Positions 1-11,097 are shown, counted from the whole stretch's first letter. The stretch: DNA of 63,524 nt, filler included, from Pelomyxa schiedti (GCA_020536535.1; 5 parts of 5 records of this genome joined end to end with filler, not necessarily neighbours in it); one strand, 5' to 3'. A program made the numbers and translations. Notes: generated from the letters alone by a model not told the origin.

Positions 1-840
1 CCACTTGCCTCACATGCCGTTGTGTCCCTCTTCGATGTGGCTTGTTGTCCCACCACAGTGCTACTGATAATGATACAGCACCAAATCCAAACCGCCACGC
101 AAGTACTAATACTAAATATTCCCATGACGCCCCTCTTCGTGAAGTGTCACTTGTAGTTAATTGCGAAAATGGGTGGATATGATATGTTGTTATTGCATTA
201 TAATGCGCATCGCCTGCAAACAACGCTATTTCGTTGATTCGAATGAGTTCTACGAAAAACTAAACAGCACAGCCTGACTCGTGCCCAGGTCACATCGTCT
301 TCTAGGAAATCAGAGGAATCTCAGCGGTTCGCCGACATCGAACAACACCGGAAAAGTTCTTGATGATTGGGGCGAATACCGTGGGTGTAGTGTGAGGTGT
401 TGTGATACCGTGAGAGAGATGAATGTATGTGGGTCTGGGGAAAATAAGCCAAGTGGAATGGCGTAGTTTCAGGGGGAGTTTTAAAACATCAAAGCTGGAT
501 GAACTATGCGGTGCGTTACACAGTATCACTGCGGTTCGCTTGTGCGTATGGAATGCACTAGAACCGGACGTGGTACCCATCAAATAATTCTGGGGATGCA
601 CTGTTTGGATTCAACTTGACATGTGCCTTTTTGAAAAGGGTCAGACCAGAAGAAGTGAGTTGCTCGTGCACACCGAATCCTACAACATAAATACACAGCT
701 GGAACGTGCCATAGTCTTCGGCTTTCACTCCTGACACACCAATATAATATGATACTCCACTTGTGACAGTCCAAGACACCGTTGTGTCGGAACTCCCCTA
801 CCAACATTCAGTATTTTCAAACACTATGTAGTACGTACCC
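1..840. repeat. Near-identical duplicate of ~11638-12332 (parts of the two secreted-protein genes), ending at an N-gap
   Basis: 1-110 matches 11638-11747 and 280-840 matches 11772-12332 with scattered SNPs. Probably an uncollapsed haplotype or a recent duplication. Confidence 0.9.
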
Positions 841-940
841 NNNNNNNNNNNNNNNNNNNNNNNNNNNNNNNNNNNNNNNNNNNNNNNNNNNNNNNNNNNN
901 NNNNNNNNNNNNNNNNNNNNNNNNNNNNNNNNNNNNNNNN

Positions 941-1060
941 AATCCAGTCACAGCATCGAGCACATGAATGGTGTTTGGTCCTGGTGGGCACCCAGAACCA
1001 TTGTCCAGGAACACCTCCAACCCAAATGACCACCTCACAACTCGACGCGTTGCCCTGTGT
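941..1060 (-). pseudogene. C-terminal fragment of an expanded-family gene, paralogous to the end of 5434..6675
   Basis: HRATRRVVRWSFGLEVFLDNGSGCPPGPNTIHVLDAVTG versus HRVTRRVVRLSFGSEMVFLDNGSGCPPGPNTIHVLDAATG. No upstream body; abuts a gap. Confidence 0.7.
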
Positions 1061-1159
1061 TTCTTGCTTCTTTTGAGAAGTGGGTATGGCTCTTCACTCT
1101 GGATCACAACAGTATCTTTCAATTACCAACAAATAATTAATCCCAAATTCTCTTTGGCT

Positions 1160-2764
1160 TCATAGGGATGACAGGAGAGAGAAAGAGAAGTGGGACCAGA
1201 CAGTGTCAAGAGAACCAAACAGCCAGAGGGTGATGACATGCACACCAGTGGCCTCATCTGTCACGTGTATTTCTTTTCGTTCTAAGGCACAAATGGTGGG
1301 GTTGGGTATTTCCCCCACCTGGAAAAGGAGGCCACCCTCAACAAAAGCCTCACTCGTGGTGCACCCACTCAGGCACTGCTGTTTCCTGACTGGCTTGCTG
1401 CCTGTGTTATTCACATCCCACACTGAGTACCAATTGGCAGCGAAGTCGTCGTCACCCATGACACAGAACTGTGACTGGCTAACCTGTGACACACGCAAAT
1501 CTGCGAAAGATCTCTCACTCTCTGGAAATGCTCTTCCCAGTTTGCCAGTTCCCTCCTCAATGGTGATGAAGTAGCCACCTAACGTCGCCCTCATGACAAA
1601 CAAGTGATTGGTGGAGCCACCACCACCCTCACAGTGTTGTTTTCTGAACACATGATAGTCCTTGCTCACAAAGCTCTCAAAGCCTCCAAAGGATGGAGGA
1701 AGGTCACTCAATCTTGGCACAGTTGAACTCAGCACCGCAAGTCTCTTGGACGAGCAAGTTTCCACAAGGTCAACCAAGACGAACTCAAAGAATGTGGGGT
1801 CAGTCTCCGCATCATGGCAGCACAGCAAAAGGTGGTTATCATTGATGACTCCCACGAACTGAGGAGTACAGATCTTCCACCTTGGGTCAATTTTCACAAC
1901 TGCTGGCCTCTTGATGGTGGTGGTTGTTGCACCACCATTTGCGTTTTTCCTCATGGGTATTTCAGCCACAACCATCTTCATGGAATGCGTGTCACAGCAC
2001 ACAATCCATCTCCCGTTTGTTTTACATCTAACAGAGTCATTACTACCATCTGGAAATTTCACCAGCTGTATCCTCTTGCCTGTTTGCCTGTCCTGCAAGA
2101 AAACACCCCTTCCTTTTTCCACAATCAGGTAGTGCAGGCTGGATCCATGCAGTAACTCGCCGCGCCTCATTGCCCACCACCTCATGTCGTGTGTCAGGGT
2201 CATCAGCGCCGTCGACACGCCAAACGTGACCATCACCAAGGGAAGGAAGCTGCCTTCAGAGTGCCCAGACCAGGTGACACAATAGAACCTCGAGTTGGCG
2301 GTAATCCACTCCCACACAAGCCCCAAAACCAGCGCGGCATCAACAACGGCTGGTGCTGCTGCCGCCATTCTGCGCAGCGGGCACACGGCGCCGCAGCGGG
2401 GGTGCAGCCCCGCGCACAGGGCGGCGACTTGGTCCCTCGCGGTCGCCTTCCTCGTTGTGGTGGTCGACTTTGTTGTTGTTGTGGTGGTGGTCTCTGTTGT
2501 TATGGTCGAGGGCGTGCCGTGGAGTCGTGCCCGCGTTTTTTTTGTTGTGGTGGTCGTGTGGCGGGTGGTTCGCGACACGGACACTGGGGCGACGGTCACC
2601 AGCCTACCAAACTGCCGTCGATGTCGTTGTCGTTGTTCGCTGTCGTTGGTGACGAAGGGTTGGAACGGGGTGGACGGTACCCCTTGGTGCAGTGGTGGTG
2701 GCTCCCTCTTGTGTTGTCGTTGTGTGTGTGGTCGGGCTGCTGCGTCTTCGCGGGATGATGGCAT
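1160..2764 (-). CDS. Expanded-family hypothetical protein, divergent subfamily (likely beta-rich repeat fold)
   Basis: Long intronless ORF; probable ATG at 2764 (MPSSRED). Shared motifs TARDQVAAL, TNGRWIV, LVDLVET, VSQVSQSQFCV, VWDVNN, IHVTDEATG. Confidence 0.75.
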   Translation of the reverse strand: MPSSREDAAARPHTQRQHKREPPPLHQGVPSTPFQPFVTNDSEQRQRHRRQFGRLVTVAPVSVSRTTRHTTTTTKKTRARLHGTPSTITTETTTTTTTKSTTTTRKATARDQVAALCAGLHPRCGAVCPLRRMAAAAPAVVDAALVLGLVWEWITANSRFYCVTWSGHSEGSFLPLVMVTFGVSTALMTLTHDMRWWAMRRGELLHGSSLHYLIVEKGRGVFLQDRQTGKRIQLVKFPDGSNDSVRCKTNGRWIVCCDTHSMKMVVAEIPMRKNANGGATTTTIKRPAVVKIDPRWKICTPQFVGVINDNHLLLCCHDAETDPTFFEFVLVDLVETCSSKRLAVLSSTVPRLSDLPPSFGGFESFVSKDYHVFRKQHCEGGGGSTNHLFVMRATLGGYFITIEEGTGKLGRAFPESERSFADLRVSQVSQSQFCVMGDDDFAANWYSVWDVNNTGSKPVRKQQCLSGCTTSEAFVEGGLLFQVGEIPNPTICALERKEIHVTDEATGVHVITLWLFGSLDTVWSHFSFSLLSSL

Positions 2765-2839
2765 TTTCTTCGGATCAACGAGATCGATGAGGGTTTCGGC
2801 GAAAACCTCATTCGTACGATCACACCAGTCACAAGCGAT

Positions 2840-3633
2840 GGCCCAAAGCCAAAGCAACACCAACCCCCTCCACCGACACCACACCAAGTGCAGCCGCGGC
2901 ATTGCTCACCTGGGCGCCCGCGGGCTACTACGTCGGCATTGCTCACCTGGGCGCCCCGGCTTTTGCTGAAGTGGTGAGGTGGCCGTGTTTCTCAATGTGG
3001 GTGAGCAACAGCAAGCGGATTGTGGGAATGGTCAGCGAGGACGAGATTCGCGTTTGGAGGGTTGTGGGTGGATTGATGAGTGGTGGTGGTGGAGCCGATT
3101 GTGTGAGGGCGGCAGAGGAGCAGCGTTTCAAAACCGTTGAGGCCGTTTCTCTGCAGTTCTCACCGATGTGTGACGACGTCATTGTGGTGTTCAGCACCTG
3201 TGGGTGGGTGAAATTCATTGACTTGGAGGCCAGCTGTAGGCAGAGAGGGCACAGCATGATACTGTGGAGGCCTGATGGTTCCACGTGCACTTTGCACTAT
3301 GGTGATGGTCCAGCAATCTTTCTTTTGAGAGAAACAGCAACAGGAGTTGCTGAAGCTGTTCCCAGAGTTCTCAAATGTGGTTGCAGTTGGTTCACATCAC
3401 TTCTTTGTTATCACACAGAATTCCAGGTTTATTCAACTGAGAACCTTTGCACTGCCTCACTGTGTGTCCCATGCACATGGGCATCACCAAGCATTCTTCC
3501 AACGGGCCTCATTGCCTCGACATCACACGACGAAGTGAAGTACTGTGATGATGATGGTACCACTGGATTCCATGTTGGTGATTTCTCAATTCCCCTCTCT
3601 GATCCAAATGCATTTAACCCTGCTTGTGATTGA
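2840..3633 (+). pseudogene. Internally deleted copy of the expanded family
   Basis: SNSKRIVG, LQFSPMCDD, FIDLEAS, WRPDGSTCTLH, FQVYST, CVPCTWAS, GLIAST, TTGFHVGDF match the intact paralogs. The 5' part is collapsed, lacks a proper start, and carries a 23-bp direct repeat (2897-2919 / 2934-2956). Confidence 0.7.
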
Positions 3634-3709
3634 TGAAGAACAAACAACAGCTCAAAAATGTATTCAATCAACTTCTTGTTTTGGAAAACGAATTTTCCAT
3701 TGGGTTTCA

Positions 3710-5008
3710 TCACCAGTGGAGGGAGGAGTAAAACTCTGCTGTTGGATCAAAGTAAAATTTTGGGTGAACTGGAACAGAAATATCAGCAATGTGAAAACCA
3801 GTGGGGCCATCATGGAGCTTGAACATAATTTCAGTCGCTTTGGAACTGTGCCAGAAGTTGTGAGTTGTGGAAATGATGAGGCCTGACTGTGCACTGGGAA
3901 GTGACCATGTGCATGGAACAGAGAGTGACGCTGCTGCAAGTTTGTCAATGGTGTTGTAAACCTGGAAGAACTGTTTCTGATGGGGCAACTGAGAAAGATA
4001 AGCATGATTCTTGCTGATTGGTGTCACTTGAGGGAACTCTGGAAAGTGATGCTGCTGCTTGAATGTTGCACAGTCGATGAGGCTAGATGATGTACTACTA
4101 GTTTTCAACAGTGCGAACATTGCACCATCAGGCATCCACATCACACCATGTGGGCAAATCTCGCCACACCAGATCGTGGATGTTACCACTGTTTCCTGTG
4201 CTTTGAAACTTGCTTGCAAGTCAACAAAGTGGAAGCAGCAGATGTCTGTTTTTGTAGATGGCAGCACAATCACGGTGTCATCACTGAAAGGTGAGAACTG
4301 CAAACTTCCAATAGTCACTCTTCCATTGGAAAAGAACTGCTGTGGCTCAACTGGGTCACCATTGACAACCTTCACAACCCAGAGTGTGTCATTGCGTGGA
4401 AACCCCACGATCCACTTCCTGTTGCACTTCACATTCATAACAGGAGTCCTGAAGAAGCACTGTTTGCAGCTCAAGGGCCATTCACGCAGGTCCAAAACAC
4501 TGTACTCGTACGCAAACTCTGACTCCATGTGCTTACCGAATTTTTTCACCAGGAGCTTGCCATCACCCACACAGCCACACATATCCCTCCCACAATGAGT
4601 GAACCAATGGACACCGACGATGCCAAGTGTCGGCGAAACGCTCACAGATATAACTTGAGTGACCATTTCGGATGCCTCGACGATCTTCTTCAATGGCAAC
4701 TCGAACAGAGCATCAGAGTTTGACGTGAGGACCCAGTCCTCAGCCCACATCCTGAACATTTGTGATTGTGCCCATTGTACCAGCAACGGCGATGGCAGGG
4801 GTTTTCCTCGAGAATGAGAGCCGCCGTTGATGCGCCGTTGTGCGATAATGGGAGCACAGCAGAGGGCCAGGGCCTGTGACTTGGCGGTTGTGGTCGCTTT
4901 TGATAATGACAATACAAACAATTTCTCACTTGAACGTTGTTGTTGTTGTTGTTGCTGTTGTTGCTGTTGTTGTTGTTGTTGTTGTTGCTGTGGGTGCTGT
5001 TGCCCCAT
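3710..5008 (-). CDS. Expanded-family hypothetical protein with poly-Q N-terminus
   Basis: 432-aa ORF with TTTAKSQALAL, SPTLGIV, CNRKWIVG, LQFSPFSDD, FVDLQAS, WMPDG, VPCTWS, LHDGPTGFH. Confidence 0.85.
   Translation of the reverse strand: MGQQHPQQQQQQQQQQQQQQQQQQRSSEKLFVLSLSKATTTAKSQALALCCAPIIAQRRINGGSHSRGKPLPSPLLVQWAQSQMFRMWAEDWVLTSNSDALFELPLKKIVEASEMVTQVISVSVSPTLGIVGVHWFTHCGRDMCGCVGDGKLLVKKFGKHMESEFAYEYSVLDLREWPLSCKQCFFRTPVMNVKCNRKWIVGFPRNDTLWVVKVVNGDPVEPQQFFSNGRVTIGSLQFSPFSDDTVIVLPSTKTDICCFHFVDLQASFKAQETVVTSTIWCGEICPHGVMWMPDGAMFALLKTSSTSSSLIDCATFKQQHHFPEFPQVTPISKNHAYLSQLPHQKQFFQVYNTIDKLAAASLSVPCTWSLPSAQSGLIISTTHNFWHSSKATEIMFKLHDGPTGFHIADISVPVHPKFYFDPTAEFYSSLHW
4936..4990. repeat. (TTG/CTG)n microsatellite encoding poly-Gln
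   Basis: Directly visible trinucleotide run. Confidence 0.9.
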
Positions 5009-5433
5009 GATTTGTGAAATTACTGGTTGTAGTGTTCAAGGAAAACATTTGATGGTGAATGCCCGGTACCCACTCTTCTAATCCTAAGGTCTCTGGATAG
5101 GATTAGGAGAGATACCGGTGAAGGGCACCCATTCCCTTGGCAACACCAAGTGCAAGCAAACGTCATTGCCCAACCTGGTTTTTTCTGTGAACGCCCGTAG
5201 AAACCGGTGGTGGTTGCATGAAGCACACATCGACAACATGTTTCATTGGGTTGACCCGGCAAAGGCACCGCCTTTGCGGAAGACCAAGGACTGCAAGGAA
5301 CGTGTGAACAACAGGCAAATTGGAAGTTGTTGAGAAATTGAGTGTTGAATAAAGTATTGTTGTGTTTGAGTTATTTGGTATTGACTGATGGAGGATTCTC
5401 TTGTCAAAACAAATGAAATTAATTTGTTTTCCG

Positions 5434-6618
5434 TCATGAAACACTGGCCACATAGCACCCAGAATGGCCGGCCATTTTGAAGACGACAAATCCAGTCGCA
5501 GCATCGAGCACATGAATGGTGTTTGGTCCTGGTGGGCACCCAGAACCATTGTCCAGGAACACCATCTCCGACCCAAATGACAACCTCACAACTCGACGCG
5601 TTACCCTGTGTTGCGAGAACACCTTGGTTGGCTCTAGAACGCTGAACACATCAATCCCGCACTCCTCTTCACTGGAGGTACGCACTGCAACATAAGGGCC
5701 ACCAAGTGGCTCAGCACTTCCTCTGCTCAATTCCGTGCTCACGCCAGTTGTGAGGCACTGCAGCCAACTGCTTCCATCAGTCCCAGACAGCACGGCATAC
5801 AACACCCCATTCCAGCATATCATGCTCTCAATCTGGTGCACCATCGGGTCACCGATGGAACCCATAACCGGCAGATGGGACGGGTCGGTCCACACAAGCC
5901 TGTTCCGTGCCAGCGTAGCCTCCAGGTCAATGACCATGACGCCGCCACCCCCAACCAGTGACACAACCAGTGAATTATCATCACCAACAAGCAACGCGGA
6001 GCCGACTCTCCACGGCATCGCGACGCCCTCCACCTTGGCAACACGGCCACTCTCGACTCCGTCAAAGTTCCACAGTGACAGAGGAGGAGGCGCCTTCTGG
6101 CACTCTGTGAGCACAGCGACCCAGCGCCTGTTGTTGCACCAGGGCCAGCACGCGTCCAGCCAGTCGCACAGCCTGACGTCGTCGCCGCGCCCGCTGGTGT
6201 CGATCACGGCCAGCATCTGCGGTCGACTGCGGTCCGCTGGCTGGGCCATCGTCAGGGCGAACCTGTTGCCTGCTGAGGCCTGCGGACCCACGCAGCCGTA
6301 GAACCATCTGACCTTGTTTTTGCGTCCGAAGTCGATCATTGTGGGACGGCCCACGAGTCCAAGGGTCGGCGACACGCCGAACCTGACGAACTCCTTGGCG
6401 TCGCTGCTAAGACGAGACGCCAGTTCCACGACTACGAGCCTCGCTGGGGTCACGATCCACTCTTGGCCGATGCACGACAGCAACGGGGGCGTGAGGGCCG
6501 ACACCGGGCTGCCATTGTGGAGGCCGCACCGTCCCACAATGACTCCGACGCCGAGGGCAATGAATTGGTCGCGTGCGTTGGTGTTGTCCTTGATGTCGAC
6601 TGCTTTTGGATCTGCCAT
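5434..6618 (-). CDS. Expanded-family hypothetical protein, divergent subfamily
   Basis: Intronless ORF; probable start MADPKAV. Motifs NARDQFIAL, EWIV, GVSPTLGLV, CNNRRWVAV, VIDLEAT, IHVLDAATGF. Confidence 0.8.
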   Translation of the reverse strand: MADPKAVDIKDNTNARDQFIALGVGVIVGRCGLHNGSPVSALTPPLLSCIGQEWIVTPARLVVVELASRLSSDAKEFVRFGVSPTLGLVGRPTMIDFGRKNKVRWFYGCVGPQASAGNRFALTMAQPADRSRPQMLAVIDTSGRGDDVRLCDWLDACWPWCNNRRWVAVLTECQKAPPPLSLWNFDGVESGRVAKVEGVAMPWRVGSALLVGDDNSLVVSLVGGGGVMVIDLEATLARNRLVWTDPSHLPVMGSIGDPMVHQIESMICWNGVLYAVLSGTDGSSWLQCLTTGVSTELSRGSAEPLGGPYVAVRTSSEEECGIDVFSVLEPTKVFSQHRVTRRVVRLSFGSEMVFLDNGSGCPPGPNTIHVLDAATGFVVFKMAGHSGCYVASVS

Positions 6619-6978
6619 CAAGGTCTTGCTCTTTGAAACGATTGGATTTCGTTGCGTGTCTTGTAACGGCAACAAATTGGACCCTGGGCACCAGAGTTGA
6701 AGGTGTGAGGAGTGATGGGCGAAGGATTAAGGGAATCTTGGTGTGATGATTGGGCGCCAAGTTAACCAACTAATTATGGCCATTCACGGGAACCCACCTT
6801 ATAAACCCCTCTGTATTGTGTAAATAGTTAAGACAAGTTGTTAGAGAAACAAACACAACACATGAGAACAACAACACTGTTCAGCCCACAACGTCCCTCT
6901 CCCAGACCACCACTCTTACAAAGGCATTGCTGAACCAAGATCAAACAGTCAAAATAGACTCCGATCGGAGGAAAAAAA

Positions 6979-8286
6979 ATGGGGCAGACACACCCAAAGC
7001 AACAGACACACCCCACGCAACAGCCACAACAACAGCAACCACAAGTCATCCACCACACCACACCCACCACAACCACGGCCAAGTCACAACTGATTGCCCT
7101 GCTCTCCGCCCCCGTCGTCGCCAGCAGGCCCAAACAACCATCAACGCCAACACCAACCCCCTCCACCACCGAACCAGATGCAGCTGCCACAACAGTAACA
7201 ACAACAACAACAACAACCACATCTGCCACTCCGGCGCCGTCATTTATCACCTGGGCGCGCTCGACGGCGCTCGTCGCGGAGTGGGCCCGCGGCTGGGTCC
7301 TCGCGCCCACGACCAACGCCGTGCTCGATCTCCCCGGAGTGCGGCGCTTCCTGCACGTCTGCGTGTCGTCTGCGACGCTGGGGCTGGTGTCGTCGCACCG
7401 GTTCGGGGACTCGTGGGGCGACGTGCGCGGGTGCGTCGGCGACCGCCGCGTGCTTGCGAGAAGGTGGGAGGACACCGGCCTTTATTGCGGTTATGGGAGG
7501 CACTACTGTGTTGTGGATGTTGTGGGTGGTCCTGAGAATCACGTTGTTGATGTACCAATGACAGGCGACAACCCACCTTCGCACATGTGCAGCAACAGGA
7601 AGTGGATTGTGGGAGTCTACGGTTGGAGGGAAGTGTGTGTTTGGAAAGTTGTTGGTTCTGGCTGTGATGATGTTGTCAAAGTGTCAGAGGAGCACCGCCT
7701 CAGTGGAATCGATGCAGAAATTGTGAGGCTGCAGTTTTCACCACTATCTGAAGACTGCGTGATCGCGTTCACCTATGCTAAATTCACTGCAAATGGGTGG
7801 ATTCCAGCCATCAGAAAGTGTGTGTATTTCATTGACCTGGAAGCCAGCTTCAAGGGTGGGAATGCAGTCATCAAATCAACAGTGGAGCACAGAAACAGGG
7901 CCATTGGACTGGTGTGGATGCCTGACGGTTCCACATGCACACTGCACGAGGACCTCTCTTCAGGCTTCCTGTTGAGGGAGACAACAACCGGAAACACAAT
8001 ACGCACGTTCCAGCAGCACTCAACAGTTATCCCTGTTGGTGCACATCACATCCTTGTGGTCCCTCACAACCCAGAGTTCTCTGAGTTCCAGGTGTATTCC
8101 ACCAGCAAACTCACAGCACCATTGCTGTGTGTTCCGTGCAAGTGGGCATGCACAAGCTTCCAAAGTGTTCAATCAGGTCTCATTGCTTCCACCCTGGACA
8201 AATTATGCACCGACACACTGTTTGCAGTTCACGACTGTGTCACTGGTTTCTGTTGTGGGGGCTTTAAGATTCCAACATTCCCTTGA
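6979..8286 (+). CDS. Expanded-family hypothetical protein (tandem copy 1)
   Basis: 435-aa ORF starting MGQTHP with all family motifs. Confidence 0.85.
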   Translation: MGQTHPKQQTHPTQQPQQQQPQVIHHTTPTTTTAKSQLIALLSAPVVASRPKQPSTPTPTPSTTEPDAAATTVTTTTTTTTSATPAPSFITWARSTALVAEWARGWVLAPTTNAVLDLPGVRRFLHVCVSSATLGLVSSHRFGDSWGDVRGCVGDRRVLARRWEDTGLYCGYGRHYCVVDVVGGPENHVVDVPMTGDNPPSHMCSNRKWIVGVYGWREVCVWKVVGSGCDDVVKVSEEHRLSGIDAEIVRLQFSPLSEDCVIAFTYAKFTANGWIPAIRKCVYFIDLEASFKGGNAVIKSTVEHRNRAIGLVWMPDGSTCTLHEDLSSGFLLRETTTGNTIRTFQQHSTVIPVGAHHILVVPHNPEFSEFQVYSTSKLTAPLLCVPCKWACTSFQSVQSGLIASTLDKLCTDTLFAVHDCVTGFCCGGFKIPTFP

Positions 8287-8384
8287 TGAAAAGAATCAAG
8301 TTTTTCATAATCCCCTGGTTATCACCATCACGCAGTGCAAAATCCATTTCGCATAAACAGTTTCCATCGACCGTAAAAACCAAG

Positions 8385-9668
8385 ATGGGGCAGTCACACC
8401 CAGTGCAACTACAGCCACAACAACAAAACCAGCAGCAGCAACCACAAGTCATCCACCACACCACACCCACCACAACCACGGCCAAGTCACAACTGATTGC
8501 CCTGCTCTCCGCCCCCGTCGTCGCCAGCAGGCCCAAACCACCATCAACGCCAACACCGACCCCCTCCACCACCAAACCAAATGCAACTGCAACAACAACA
8601 ACAACAACAACAACAACTACATCTGCCACTCCGGCGCCGTCATTTATCACCTGGGCGCGCTCGACGGCGCTCGTCGCGGCGTGGGCCCGCGGCTGGGTGC
8701 TCTGGCCCACGACCAACGCCGTGTTCGAGCTCCCCGGGGCGCGGCGCTTCCTGCACGTCGGCGTGTCGTCGGCCACGCTGGGGCTGGTGGCGTCGCGCTG
8801 GCTCGAGACCGACGCGTGGGCCGAAGTGCGCGGGTGCGTCGGCGACCGCGGCGGCGTGCTGGGCAGGAGGTGGGAGAACGACGGCATCGGCTACCCTGGT
8901 TATGGGAAGCACCACTCTGTTGCCGACGGCGGCGGGTCCGAGATCTTTGATTTGCCGATGACAGGCAACAGTCCATGTTTGAACATGTGCAGCAACAGGA
9001 AGTGGATTGTGGGAGTATACGGGTGGTTGGATGTGTGTGTTTGGAAGGTTGTTGGTTCTGGCTGTGATGGTGTTGTCAAAGTGTCAGAGGAGCACCACCT
9101 CAGTGGAATCGACGCAGCTGTTGTGAGGCTGCAGTTTTCGCCACTATCTGAAGACTGCGTGATGGCGTTCACCTCCGCTAAATTCACTGCAACTGGGTGG
9201 ATTCCAGCCAGCAGGGAACGTGTGTATTTCATTGACCTGGAAGCCAGCTTCAAGGGTGGGAATGCAGTCATCAAATCAACAGTGGAGCACAGCAACAGGG
9301 CCATTGGAATGGTGTGGATGCCTGACGGTTCCACGTGCATACTGCACGAGGACCTCTCTTCAGGCTTCCTGTTGAGGGAGACAACAACCGGCAACACAAT
9401 TCACACGTTCCAGCAGCACTCAACAGTTATCCCTGTTGGTGCACATCACATCCTTGTGGTCCCTCGCAACCCAGAGTGCTCTGAGTTCCAGGTGTATTCC
9501 ACCAGCAAACTCACAGCACCATTGCTGTGTGTTCCGTGCACATGGGCATGCACAAGCTTCCAAAGTGTTCAATCAGGTCTCATTGCTTCCACCCTGGACA
9601 AAAAATCCACCAACATACAGTTTACAGTGCACGACTGTGTCACTGGTTTCTGTGTTGGTTCTTTTTAG
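8385..9668 (+). CDS. Expanded-family hypothetical protein (tandem copy 2)
   Basis: ATG at 8385 (MGQSHP). Highly similar to 6979..8286 at DNA and protein level. Confidence 0.85.
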   Translation: MGQSHPVQLQPQQQNQQQQPQVIHHTTPTTTTAKSQLIALLSAPVVASRPKPPSTPTPTPSTTKPNATATTTTTTTTTTSATPAPSFITWARSTALVAAWARGWVLWPTTNAVFELPGARRFLHVGVSSATLGLVASRWLETDAWAEVRGCVGDRGGVLGRRWENDGIGYPGYGKHHSVADGGGSEIFDLPMTGNSPCLNMCSNRKWIVGVYGWLDVCVWKVVGSGCDGVVKVSEEHHLSGIDAAVVRLQFSPLSEDCVMAFTSAKFTATGWIPASRERVYFIDLEASFKGGNAVIKSTVEHSNRAIGMVWMPDGSTCILHEDLSSGFLLRETTTGNTIHTFQQHSTVIPVGAHHILVVPRNPECSEFQVYSTSKLTAPLLCVPCTWACTSFQSVQSGLIASTLDKKSTNIQFTVHDCVTGFCVGSF

Positions 9669-9691
9669 ATTGATTCTTTTGAAAAGAATTT

Positions 9692-10904
9692 TCATAGACT
9701 CCAAAGAGAACTTGGTGCTGGAATTGAGACGTCACCAACGTGGAAACTGGTCTCTGCATCATGCAGTGCAAACTCAATTTCAGTGGAATTGGTATCCCCC
9801 ACTTTGCGATGTGAAGTCGAGGCAATTAGGCCTGTTGGTACAATGCCTGCAGATGCCCATGTACATGAACCCTGAAGTGATGGTGTGGTGAGGTTGCTGG
9901 TGGAATACACTTGGAAGTCAGTGCACGGTGAGTTGGTGGTAACCAAGATGTGATGTGCTCCAATGGGTTCTGCTGTTTTGTACTGGTGCCCGTTGGATGG
10001 GCACCACAGCGAAAGTGCCCCGATTTCATTCCCAGTTGTTGTATCTTTCAATGTAATGAATTCCGACAGCACCCTGTGCAAGGTACAGGCATCCACAAGA
10101 TACCCAGCGGTATTTGGTCACACTCCACCGTTGCTCTTGTGACCACATGACCCCCGCTGAAGCTGGCATCCAGGTCAATAAAGCTCACACACCCCCTGTC
10201 AGCTGCCACCTGCAAACGAGACCGGAACGCCATCACGACATCCTCGCACAGTGGCGAGAACAGCACCCTATCAACACCAGCATCAACACCCACGAGACGC
10301 CGCTCCTCAGATACCTTCTTCGCGCCAACGGCGACGACCTTGCGGATGCTGACTTCACGCCTCTCGCGGGAGCCAGGGTACCACACACGCGTCCCACAAT
10401 CCACTTTATGTTGCACAGCACCACGCTGATGCCCGGGTCTACCTCCGCCACTTGCCGGCCGGCACCACCAGGCCCCGCGGCGCCGATGCACACGCCGCCC
10501 CCGTCGTCGTCAGCATCGTCGGCGGGGGGGTCGGCGCGGAGCACCAGCACCATTCCCTCGCCTGCGCAGCCGCACACGCTCACGCTGCGGTCCTGGCACC
10601 GGAACCAGTGCGACGACACCAGCCCCAGCGTCGGGGACACGCTCGCGCACAGCTCCGTGGACGCCGCCCACTGAATCAGTGACGGTGCCGGCGTCGTCGC
10701 CGTGCCTGTCATTCCTTTGGTGGCTAAGATGGGGGCACAGAGCAGGGCGATGGCCTGTGACTTGGCTGTTGTTGTTGTTGTTGTGGTGGTGGTGGTGGCA
10801 CAGGTTGTGACGCGGTTGTTGTGGTGTTGCATCTGCTGTTGGACAGATGGTGGTGGCGGTGATTGCGGTTGCTGTGGTTGTTCTTGTGAGTGGTTGTTCC
10901 CCAT
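9692..10904 (-). pseudogene. Frameshifted copy of the expanded family
   Basis: Starts MGNNHS at 10904. Family motifs are spread over three frames: AKSQAIAL/SPTLGLV/CNIKWIVG, then LFSPLCED/FIDLDAS/GILWMP, then CTLH/FQVYST/LHDAETSFH. WMPDGS is truncated by a deletion. Confidence 0.75.
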
Positions 10905-11097
10905 CCTCTCGTGCGTTTCAAGTTCAAAAAAAAAACCGTTTCTTGTAAGACTCCTCAAATCCAACACACTTGGTGGCACACTCACACTCGAGTACTGGTG
11001 TTTATTATTTTGCCTTATTACTTTGATGTTTTGCATCAAAGTTGCACCCAAACCTCTCCACATTTTCCTTAGTTTGTTACATGGCATTGTGTCATGC

